Shown here piece by piece: positions 25,467-37,072 of a DNA stretch of 64,000 nucleotides (positions are counted from its first letter, which is position 1; the number at the start of each line of letters is the position of its first letter). The DNA is from Eledone cirrhosa (Eukaryota), in assembly GCA_964016885.1 (NCBI GenBank), contig OZ024740.1, positions 120,466,001 through 120,530,000 of the forward strand, given 5' to 3'. The translations under genes were made by a program, and so were the position numbers. The notes beneath the pieces are model-generated. The model was not told the DNA's origin and did not search any database. It saw only the letters and a program-made list of their open reading frames with translations.

Positions 25467-28119
25467 CATCATCATCATCATCACCGTCTTACGTCCGTTC
25501 TTCCATGCGAGCATGGGTTAGGCGAGTTGTCTTGTTGTGGGCAGTGTCTAGTCATCTGACCATGCCTTGCTCATACAGGAACTGGTTTTGGCTTGATTTC
25601 TACAGCTGGATGCCCTTCCTAACACCAACCTCATTTACAGTGAGTGCTGGCTGCTTTTTTCTGTGGCGCATACACGTCCACTTTACAGTGTGGGCTGGGT
25701 GCTTTTTTGCCGTGGCACCTCCACGACCACTTTGCAGTGGGAGGTTGTGGGGGCGTATTGTCTATATGCTTCAGCTTGTACCCATGGGAGGTCAAAAACT
25801 CTGTATTACTGCGTGACGCCAGAGGTCACTGTTGTGTGTCATCGCCTTTGAGAGGTGTAATTGGGTAAGGTCGGCTTTTATCACCTCATCCCAGGTCATC
25901 TTGGGTCTCCCCACTCCGCGGTTTACATTGACTTCTAGTGCTCTGCACCTTTTTATGCAACTGTCATCCTTCATACGCATCAAATGTCCATACCAATGCA
26001 ACCACCTCTCCTGCACACAGCATTTGATTCCTCTTATGCTCAGTCTCTCTCTCAATTCATTTATGCTTTTTCTTATATTACTATTACACATACATCGGAG
26101 CATGCAGGCTTCGTTTCTTTCTAATCTACGTAAGTCTCCCACTTTCAGCGCCCAGGTCTCACTACCATGTAACATTGCTGTTCGGATACACACATCATAC
26201 AGTCTGCCTTTCATTTTGAGGGAGAAGCCTTTTGCAGCTAGCAATGGCAGTAGTTCCCTGAACTTCTTCCATCCCGTTCTTACCCTAGTTATTGTACTTT
26301 CTGAACACCCACCTCCGCTGCTAATTCGGTCACCTAGGTAGCAGAAGCTGTCTACTGTTTCTACAGAGCCCTCCCAGAGATTGATGGTACTTGTTTCCTG
26401 TGGCTGTTTGCTGCTTGCTGTCCCAGCACAACTGCTGCATGTGAAGCCTACATTCTTAATTAAGCTTCCTGAGATCCCGCTACATCTCTTGTGTACCCAT
26501 TGTTTGCAATTGGGGCAGAGAATGGAGTTCCTACCCACACCTTTCCTACATACTGAGCAAGGCCATTTTCCTGAGGGGATCTGTGTTCTGTTTTCTCGTC
26601 TACTTACAAGGACCTTAGTCTTTGTCATGTTGACTTTGAAACCCTTTCTTTCTAGTCCCTGCTTCCAAGTTTGGAATTTCTTCTCTAGTTCTACCATAGA
26701 TTCAGCTATAAGTGCGAGGTCATCAGCATACAGGAGTTCCCATGGGCATCCGGTCTTAAACTCCTCTGTTATTGCCTAGAGGACTTATATGAACAGGAGA
26801 GGGCTAAGAACAGAGCCCTGGTGGACACCAACCTGTACGCTAAATTCCTCGCTATACTCATTGCTAATCCTAACTTTGTTGACTGCACCTCTATACATGG
26901 CTTGTACAGCTTTCACAAGCCATTCATCTACTCCTAGTTTTCTAAGAGCCACCAGATTACAGCACGTGGAACTCTATCAAAGGCTTTCTCGAGATCAACG
27001 AATGCCAGGTAGAGTGGCTTACTTTTAGCTAGGTACTTTTCCTGTAACTGCCTCACAAGGAAGAGGGCATCAGTGGTGCCTCTTCCTGGTACAAACCCAA
27101 ATTGCATCTCATCTATTTTCACCCGGTCCCTAATCAACTGTACTATAACTCTTTCTGTTACTTTCATGACCTGGTCCATCAGCTTTATACCTCTATAGTT
27201 TCCTCTATCTAGTACATCACCTTTACCTTTGTAGCAGTTGACAATGATGCTACTGCACCAATCTTTTGGTATGACACCTTCCAGTATTACCTGGTTAACA
27301 ATACGTGTGGTTATGGTGTGACCTACAGACACAGATGCCTTCATCATCACGGCAGCTATACCCGATGGACCAGTTGCCTTCCCCATCTTCATATCTTTGA
27401 TTGCCTTACTTACTACGCTGTTGCTGACTTGTACTGCTGGCCCCTCTATAGGGTCTACTTGGGGTAGGGTCTCTTCTTCCCATGCATTCTCCCCATTTAG
27501 TAATCTATCATAATGGCTCTTCCATGCATCTTTCTTCTCAGCACTTGTGAGGGCAAGCTCACCTTTATCATTCCGGATAACTTCTCTCCAATGACATCAC
27601 AATTCTCTCTGACACACTGCCTCACAATCTTGAACACCTCCTGTTTCTGGTCCTCACGTTGCAAAACATGCTTGAATTTTCTATCCTCTGCTTCCCTCCT
27701 AGCTAAGTATACTTGTCGCCTAGCTTCCCTTCTGGTCTCTATGTAATGTACCCTGCTTCCACCGTTCTTCCATTCTTTCCATGCCTGTCTCTTGGCCTTA
27801 ACTGCCTCATCTACCTTATTGTTCCACCACCAAGTCACTCTCCTCCTGCCTATGGTCTTACTCCAGCCACAGATCTCATCCGTCACCTGTAGTAAGTTAT
27901 TTATTAGGAACTCCCAGTGCTCTTCTACATTGAACGTCTCTATCTGTTCTTCTTTACTGTCGTAGGCATTGAGTAAAATATCTCTAAATCTGTTACTGGC
28001 TGAGGGGTCTTTCATCTTCCAGATCTTTCTTCTCCAGGTTGGCCTCTGTTTCCAGGTTCGTCTAGCTCTGACCGTGAGGTCGCTGACAACTAAGCTATGT
28101 TGGGAGGTACATTCCTCAC
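25467..28119 (-). mobile_element. RTE LINE subfamily B, 2.65 kb, 5'-truncated, defective
   Basis: ORF pieces 25792-26697, 26934-27392, 27497-28015 nearly identical to the 18.6-21.2 kb copy; (CAT)n tail at 25467. Confidence 0.95.
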
Positions 28120-30164
28120 AAACCTGACAAAAATCACAGCAGGACCATCTTAAGGCTGGAACAAGGATGTAAATCTATCACTGATTCTTGTAGACAAAGA
28201 AGTGTAGAACATAATCAAATAGTCAAACACAGTCAGGTGTGGAGTGTTCAATCTTACCATATTTCTAATAAAGGATGCTGTGTCCCATATTCAAACAGTT
28301 TCGAAAATAATAAAGAATTTGTTGGGGTTATACAATGTAACTAATTCCTCATTATTTGTCTGATGTTTGGAATGTGACAAACATTACATAAGATTAGGTT
28401 AGACGTTTTATAAATACATCACTTTAAGATACACAGTTTTGTGTCGTAGAACAAGGGTCAATTTCTGGTGGTTTCATATCAAACCGGTTAAAGTATCTTT
28501 AAAGCACAACAAAGTTTCTAACTTCCTCATTTTCCTCCCACAAGAGTATTATTTTATATCAAAAATTGTTTACAATATGAGTTTTAAAGTTTAAGAAACA
28601 CCAGAAAATAGACGAATAAAGGAAAATAAAGTGGCTATATTGAGAAAGATCTCCAATAAATACAATAATAAAGAATTATTTCAAACCAGTCTAAAACATT
28701 AAAAACATATTTTGACCGATATTGAGAGTGTATACTACCATTAAAACATCACCAATTACTTTGTGAAATGATATATCTTCTATTGTTAGAAATGTTTTTA
28801 TATATTCTATTTTATTTCTTGTTTTATTCACACTGTAAATCCTAAAGACAGGAGAAAGGAATTTCTAATTAAAACTATGTAAAACGGAAGCTAATTAAAA
28901 GTTTATTTCGTATTATCTTTATTAGAAGAGTTTAGAAAATTAAAGACACTAAGATTGAAAGAGATATTGAAAAAAATCTAATTAATTTCATTTCACAGTT
29001 AGAACAAAATTAGACAATATTTAAGTGGTAAATACAATGCTCATTGCATTGTATTTACCTTATATACATTTTCCCATTTAAGCTAAATTATAGCAAATAA
29101 AACACAAGTATATTTGAATGATGTGAATAAAATTACATTTGTAATTAATTTAGATTAATATAATATTTACACAGATAATCATATATGCTTATTCATACAC
29201 ACACATATGACAGATACACAGTATATACATATAGGATGACTGCTTGTACTTTTGTTAAATAAAGAAGACTCAATATCATCAACGGCGGAGTTAAATATGT
29301 CTTTTTATCATACAATATGTATGAAGTGCAGAACATTACTCAAGTTTCATGCAAGCTCTTAGAGCTCAAAACACAGGTGTTAATTCATCAGCCATTTTCT
29401 AACATGAATATTCCTATGTGATTTTGATTTATATTCTTGTGTATTTGGTGCATAGATACTGTATCTTAAAATCTAATATAAATAGATATGGCTATTTTGA
29501 AAGTACTAATACACATTTTTCTGAAGGTATTTCAAGTGTGGCTGATACTATGGGTGTAGAACTGCTAAAACCACATTTCAGTACAAGCTGATGTTGGCAT
29601 CCTCAAATTTATCCTTTAATATGTCTAGCATGCAACAACAATGCAATATGATCCCATATAGAAGTTAATTAAGTTTGTGGGCTTTAACATTTGATTTGGG
29701 CCCAGTTTTTATCAAACTGTAATATTTTGAAAACATGCAAAATAATTTATAAATCCATTTGATGGAAACTGTGTGGAACTTCACTGGATGAATTACACAT
29801 ATAAGTGAAAAAACCAGCAGTGTCACACACACTGTCACAGGATCATTATGATTTAGGATAATATTAGAAGTAAAAGCATCTTTAGATCAGTCAGCATCTT
29901 CCAATGAATTATCAGTATCATTGTTAGAACCCCTAGCATAATCATCAGAATATCCATTGCTGTTGTTTTACATTCATGTATGTAGTGTAAGTAAAGGTAT
30001 TTATGATGTATATCACTATGAAAAGCATTGAAAAGGAGAGTATTCTAAGGTGTGTCAGTCTGCGCATGCTTAACCTGTTTATGTATAATTATATACAATT
30101 GTATGTACACATGTTTGTGTATGTATATATGTATATAAATATATATATGTATGTGTGAATGTGT

Positions 30165-30425
30165 ATGGCTTAGTGGTTAGAGTGTTGGGGTTACAATCAT
30201 GAGGTTGTAAGTTCGATTCTCAGACTGGGTGATGCGTTGCATCTTTGAGCATGATTCTTTATTCCATGCTGCTCCAGTTCACTCATCTCTGGAAATTAGT
30301 AGCAACGCCATTGGGGCCAAGCTGTATCGGCCTAGCCATCGATGAGGGGGAGACTTCCACAAACAACCTTGCCCAGATATGTGCTTTGGAGGAAAGGTTT
30401 TTAGGTGCAAATCACATGGTCAATA
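30165..30425 (+). mobile_element. tRNA-derived SINE
   Basis: TGGCTTAGTGG A-box, GTTCGATTC B-box, head shared with 9486 SINE but a different 3' body. Confidence 0.8.
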
Positions 30426-30479
30426 TCACCTTCATATATACATATATATGTACACACACACAAGTTTATGAAGGGGATG

Positions 30480-30880
30480 GTCCACATTGACTGCAGGCAT
30501 GCTTGTGACTCCTCAAGCCACCACTTTACAGAGCTACGGAGGACCACTGGTGACTGGCACCAAGGGAGATTTTCAAATAGTCCTTGTATTGCCCCCCAGT
30601 TGTGGTGGCCAGTGTAGAATTCACCATACAACGTGGTTTTGGGTAGACAATGGTCCTTCATGGAGACATGCCCTGCTGGTAGAAGTGCTCAAAAACTTGA
30701 AGCTGGTGGTGATAATTGACTCACGACTCTGAGCCATATATGAGGATGATAAGGACTATGGCTCATTACACTCTAATCTTGATACTCTTCTTCAGGTGTT
30801 TATTGTTCCACATGCATTTGTACAGCCTGCCAAATTCACTGCTTGCTTTTGTCTGTTGATCTTGGAATCTGATGTTATGG
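30480..30880 (-). mobile_element. Old RTE (BovB-like) ORF2 3' remnant
   Basis: Minus peptide MKDHCLPKTTLYGE resembles the RTE-BovB M.D.RLPK..LYGE motif. Confidence 0.6.
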
Positions 30881-31298
30881 AAGGTGTTAGGAAAGGGATC
30901 CAGCTGTAACAATCTCAGTCAAAATTCAATTCTGATTGAACAAAGTACAGTCGCTGGAATTGTCTGACTATGGTGCCACAGAGTTCCACACTCCAAACGT
31001 GGTTGGCAGTAGGAGGGGCATCCAGCAGTCATAAAAATACAGTATAAACATGGCCTCACTATGAGCAAGGCATGCCAAAGCCAACTGGCCAGACCTCCCT
31101 CATAATGGGACCATCCAGTTCTACAATGTAAATATGGTTGGTATTAAGAAGGGCATCCAGATGTAAAAATCCCTGCCAAAATTACATTTCTGTTTGAGCA
31201 GGCTACACCACAGCCAACTAGCCAGATTTGTTTTATAATGTGGCTGACCTGTCTAACACGTGCAAGTATGGAAGAGTTGATGTTAAATAGTGACGATG

Positions 31299-31547
<249 letters not shown>

Positions 31548-32291
31548 TATAAAAATAAGAGAAATAATATGAACAATTTACAGAAAAAAGAATCTATAAT
31601 GATTGGTCTGCTGTATACTACAAGAAGACAGCCTATGAGAAATTTTGCTACATTATTGTGAATATTGAAAGCTAAAATCAATAACACAATCTTAATTACA
31701 GATGAGTCAAGGGAAATATTTAAAAAAATAAAAAGACTTAACAAAAATAAAAAGAAAAACTTCACAATTTAAATAGGTAAATATAGAGTATTATGCAGTT
31801 AAGCCACATGTTTATTTTTATTTCCTCATTGCATCGTAAGCATGTGAGGTAAGTTTATTTGGGAAACTACTAAACTATCAATTTGTTTGTTAAGGCATAT
31901 TTAATACATATGGATAGACAAGCAATATAGAGTTGGGTGAGATATAAACAGAAATACAGGTGGAGTATGAAAGATAAATTTAGCAGCAGAGATGAAGAAG
32001 AATATCAAGAGATAAAAATGCAGAAATAGACTATGCAACCACACACACACACACACATATATATATGAGTGTATATTTATGTGTGTTATAATATAGACTT
32101 TTTTTGTATCCTAAGCAATATATATATATATTGCTTATGTATAGGTATATATATATATAAAAACTGTATCTATGTATTTGACCCACGTTATGTAAAGTAA
32201 GACAGGTGTTAGTAAGTGAGTGTATATATATATATATATTATAATAAAGTAACAGGAGGCTGGACTTGTGTAAATCCTTGAAAGGTTTATT

Positions 32292-32349
32292 ATACTATGA
32301 TAACTTCAATGACCGGGTTCCGTATGAATCCGGTGATATCATCAGGTAT
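32292..32349 (-). ncRNA. Type I hammerhead motif, slightly decayed, in ~290-bp element between TA tracts (32240-32527)
   Basis: Minus: ATAC CTGATGA TATCACCGGATTCATACGGAACCCGGTCATT GAAG TTATCA TA GTAT; GAAA>GAAG. Confidence 0.65.
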
Positions 32350-32524
32350 TCGAAATATAATAAATGAATGTAACAGATAAAATCCATGGGGCTGAAAATC
32401 ACAGACCTGAGGACGACCGACCATTTAGCATCTTCCACTTTAGCCGGTCGCCCTCATATATATATTCTTTTCTGCATATGAAATTCTTTATTCCTGTTTT
32501 TATAATTATATTTTACTTATCACT

Positions 32525-32560
<36 letters not shown>

Positions 32561-32597
32561 ATATTACAAATGGAAAGTATATTTATAAAACCATATT

Positions 32598-32663
32598 TAT
32601 TTTATTATATATATTTCAAGGGCGACCAAGGTAAATTATGGTGCGCTTTCATCAGATAAAATA
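32598..32663 (-). ncRNA. Minimal type I hammerhead motif, family H1 element (32556-33092, interrupted by SINE)
   Basis: Minus: TATTTTAT CTGATGA AAGCGCACCA..TGGTCGCCCTT GAAA TATATA TA^ATAAAATA; perfect 8-bp stem I, palindromic stem III. Confidence 0.85.
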
Positions 32664-32682
32664 CAGATTTGTTTTATAAATA

Positions 32683-33011
32683 TGGAGACACATGGCTTAG
32701 GGGTTAGAGCATTGGCCTTGCAATTGAAAGGTTGTGAGTTCAATTCTCAGACTGGATGATGTGTTGTTTCCTTGAGCAAGACACTTTATTTCACATTGCT
32801 CCAGTTTACTCAGCTGTAGAAATGAGATGATAGGGACTGGGGTCCATATCATTCCACTGCAAAGTGGTCATGGAGGTGCCACGACAAAAAAGCACCCAGC
32901 ACTCACTGTAAATGAGGTTGGTGTTAGGAAGGGCATCCAGCTGTAGAAATCAAGCCAGAATCAGTTCCCGTCCCACCCTTGAAAGCAGGAAAAAAGTGGA
33001 CATAAAATGGA
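32683..33011 (+). mobile_element. tRNA-derived SINE with RTE tail (sister of 9486 copy)
   Basis: High similarity to 9486-9810; probable TSD ATAAATA; inserted in H1 element. Confidence 0.9.
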
Positions 33012-33296
33012 AATAAATATTGACATACCCGGAAAAAAGACAACCTCAACGGTTGAAATTTGCTGGATAGTTTAATTAAATATAACCTCTGCATATATAT
33101 ATATATATTTATATATATATATAGGTGTAGGCATTCATTACAAATCTTTCTTTGCAGCCATGGCTCTACACCACATCATGGCATATTGAGAGATGTTTTC
33201 TCTAATAGCCATGTGCCAACTAATACCCTGGTAGGGAGTTTGATATACAGAAGCTGTAACGAAATGCTTGCTCTCTCTCTCATATATATATATATA

Positions 33297-33628
33297 TATA
33301 CGATATTAATAAATGGAAACTATATTTATAAAACCATATTTATTTCATTATATATGTTTCAAGGATACCAAGTTAAATTATGGTATGCCTTCATCAGACA
33401 AAATACAATATATAACAGTTTTATAAATAAACATTGACGTACCCTTTTAAAAAGTGACCGTTGCTTTTGGAGGCCATCAGGATATCATAATGAAATAAAT
33501 ATGGTTTTATAAATATAGTTTCCATTTATTAATATCGTATATCTACTCCAAATATTTGTCGAGTGCTTTATATCAGTTATAAAAATATTTGCTTGTTGTA
33601 TCCCAACAATTTAAATAGAACTTTTGCA
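33297..33628. mobile_element. Asymmetric fold-back hammerhead element, family H1
   Basis: Left arm homologous to 8922-9079; right arm 33487-33542 plus tail homologous to 9209-9351; (TA)n flanks. Confidence 0.85.
33341..33405 (-). ncRNA. Minimal type I hammerhead motif
   Basis: Minus: TATTTTGT CTGATGA AGGCATACCA..TGGTATCCTT GAAA CATATA TA^ATGAAATA. Confidence 0.8.
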
Positions 33629-33670
33629 TATATATATATATATATATATCTATATATATATATATATATA

Positions 33671-34078
33671 TCATCATCATCATCATCATTGTTTAACGTC
33701 CATCTTCCACGCTAGCATGGGTTTGGACGGGAATTTTCCCACTTGAGGCAAGATTGGTTGTCTTGCTCATATAGGACTGTCTGGTGGGTTTTCTATGGAT
33801 GGATTCCCTTCCTAACACCAACCACATTTACAGTGTGAATTGGGAGGTTTTTACCATGTTACCTACATGGCCACATTACAGCGTGGACTGTGTGTTTTTT
33901 TGTCGTGACACCAACAGGACCTCATTTATTTAGGACTGGATGTTGTGGTACCAACATAACTTTACATCGAAAGGGCTGGTGAGATGGGGTGGGGGTAGTG
34001 GGACGGGGTGTATTTTGGTTAAGAGGTGCCAACTGACTGTAGGTTTCGCTTTGTACTTAGGCTACATGGGTCTTCTGT
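33671..34078 (-). mobile_element. RTE subfamily A-related 3'UTR-only copy
   Basis: Diverged homolog of 10596-11010; (CAT)n tail; TA tracts on both sides. Confidence 0.85.
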
Positions 34079-34086
34079 ATTATATA

Positions 34087-34136
<50 letters not shown>

Positions 34137-34139
<3 letters not shown>

Positions 34140-35087
34140 TCATCATCATCATCATCATCATCGTTTAACGTCCATGTTCCACGCTTGCATGGGTTTGGAC
34201 GGGAGTTTTCCCACTTGAGGCAAGAGTGGTTGTCTTGCTCGCATAGGACTGTCTGGCGGGTTTTCTACAGCTGGATGCCCTTCCTAACACCAACCACATT
34301 TACAGTGTGGGACTGGGAGGTTTTTACCGTGTTGCCTACACGGCTACATTACAGCGTGGACTGTGTTTTTTTGTCGTGACACCTACACAATCTCATTTGT
34401 TTCGGCACGAACATAACTTTACATTGAAAGGGGCGGTGTGGATGTGGTGAGGGTGGTGGGACGGGGGTGTATTTTGTTAGAGATGCCTACTGAATGTAGT
34501 AGGTTTTACTTTGTATTTAGGTAAGGCGGGTCTTCTCTATTACTGAGTACCGCCAAAGATCTCGGTCCAGTGACATTGTCTTGGAGAGGTGTAAGTGTGT
34601 GAGGTCGGAATTTATCAGGTCGTTCCAGGTTTTTCTGGGTTTGCCTACTCCGTGGCTACCGTCTATCTTTATTGCCCTGCACTTTTTTATACAGCTGTCG
34701 TCTTTCATGCGCATCACGTGACCATACCAACGTAGCCTTCTCTTGAGTAAACAACATCTGATCCCTCTTATTTCTAATTTTTCCCTTAGTTCGTTTATGC
34801 TTTGCCGTTCACGTATATTACTATTACACATCCAGCGGAGCATGCAAGCTTCGTTCCTCTCTTGTCTGCGTATATCCTCTGCACACAATGCCCAGGTCTC
34901 ACTGCCATGCAACATTGTTGTTCGTATGCAGGCATCATACAGCCTGCCTTTCATTTTTAGGGAGAACCCTTTAGCGGCTAATAGTGTTATAAGCTCTCTG
35001 AACTTTTTCCATCCAGTTCTGACTCTAGCTACTGTACTTTCAGAGCACCCTCCCCCACTGCTGATTTTGTCACTCAGGTAACGGAGC
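34137..35087 (-). mobile_element. 5'-truncated RTE LINE subfamily A
   Basis: ORF 34517-35089 ending IEKTRLT; 3'UTR; (CAT)n tail. Confidence 0.95.
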
Positions 35088-35099
35088 ATATATATATGT

Positions 35100-35155
<56 letters not shown>

Positions 35156-36207
35156 TGCTCAGTATGTAGGAAAGGTGTAGGTAGAAACTCCATTCTCTGC
35201 CCCAAATGCAAACAATGGGTACACAAGAGATGTAGCGGGATCTCAGGAAGCTTAATTAAGAATGTAGGATTCACATGCAGCAGCTGTGCTGAAACAGCAA
35301 GCAAACAGCCACAGGAAACAAGTACCACCAATCTCTGGGAGGGCCCTGTAGAAACAGTAGACAGCTTCTGCTACCTAGGTGACCGAATTAGCAACGGAGG
35401 TGGGTGCTCAGAAAGTACAATAACTAGGGTAAGAACGGGATGGAAGAAGTTTAGGGAACTACTACCACTGCTAGCTGCAAAAGGCTTCTCCCTCAGAATG
35501 AAAGGCAGACTGTATGATGCGTGTATCCGAACAGCGATGTTGCATGGTAGTGAGACCTGGGCGCTGAAGGTGGAAGACTTACGTAGATTAAAGAGAAACG
35601 AAGCCTGCATGCTCCGATGGATGTGTAACAGTAATATACGTGAACGACAAAGCATAAAGGAATTGAGAGAGAGACTGAGCATAAGAGGAATCAAATGCTG
35701 CGTGCAGGAGAGGCGGTTACGCTGGTATGGACATTTGATGCGTATGAAGGATGACAGCTGCATAAAAAGGAGCAGAGCACTAGAAGTTGATGGAAACCGC
35801 GGAGTGGGGAGACCCAAGATGACTTGGGATGAGGTGATAAAAGCCGACCTTACCCAACTACACCTCTCAAAGTCAATGACACACGACCGTGACTTCTGGC
35901 GTCACGCAGTAATACAGGGTACCCGACCTCCCATGGGTACATGCTGATGCATATAAACAATATGCCCCCCCCCCCTCCACCGCAAGGTGGCCGTGGAGGT
36001 GCCACGGCAAAAAAGCACCCAGCCCACACTGTAAATGAGGTTGGTGTTAGGAAGGGCATCCAGCTGTAGAAATCAAGCCAGATCAGTTCCTGTATGAGCA
36101 AGGCATGGTCAGCCGACCAGACACTGCCCACAACAGGACAACCCATCTAACCCATGCTAGCGTGGAAGAACGGACGTAAAACGGTGATGATGATGATGAT
36201 GATGATG
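35156..36207 (+). mobile_element. 5'-truncated RTE LINE subfamily B
   Basis: ORF CSVCRKGVGRNS...WRHAVIQ; 3'UTR; (GAT)n tail running into TA/TATG tract. Confidence 0.95.
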
Positions 36208-36264
<57 letters not shown>

Positions 36265-36277
36265 GTATATATATATG

Positions 36278-36402
<125 letters not shown>

Positions 36403-36493
36403 GTATATATGTATATATATATATATGTATATATATATATGTATATATGTATATATATATATATATGTATATATGTATATATATATATATGTA

Positions 36494-36576
<83 letters not shown>

Positions 36577-36731
36577 TGTTATACTTTGGGAGGGTCATGT
36601 TGCCAATAAGAAACACACGCACCAGTTGCTTTCACTTCAATTTAATTTAATATATATTTATAAATTTACAAATTTATAAATTTCTGGTTGGTTGGTTGGT
36701 TCCACAACCAGATAGTTGTTTATATATATAT

Positions 36732-36776
36732 AGTCATAGTTCTTTCGTCACACACTCTGTGACCTCTTCAGTGACT
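36732..36776 (-). ncRNA. Minimal type I hammerhead in PLE pseudo-LTR
   Basis: Reverse complement of 44929-44973. Confidence 0.8.
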
Positions 36777-37072
36777 GGGGATTTCTTTCTTCGTTTCTGT
36801 GCCTTTCCTTTCTTCTATCCTACGCCATTTTGTTTGTGTGTGGGTTGCGTGCTCAGTTTGCGCATGTGCCACATCCGGGTGTCTGTGTGTGTTTGTGTTC
36901 ATTTTTTTATTTTTATATTTTTATTTGTTTGTTTATTTATTTATTTATTGTTGGTTGGTTGTTTGTTCTATGTGTGTGTGTGTTTTCATTTTGTCTTGTG
37001 TGTGTTTTCATTTTGTGTGTGTTTTCAATTGTAAGTTGTTTATATGTGTGTGTGTGTGTTTTCATTTTGTCC

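Noticed and set aside
29885-29970. Short acidic/Asn-rich minus-strand peptide (NSNGYSDDYARGSNNDTDNSLEDAD)
   Set aside because: No splice acceptor or start codon; too short and low-complexity to support
32407-32455. Plus-strand CTGAGGA followed by a CGACCG/CGGTCG stem
   Set aside because: No GAAA after the stem; a plain hairpin rather than a hammerhead
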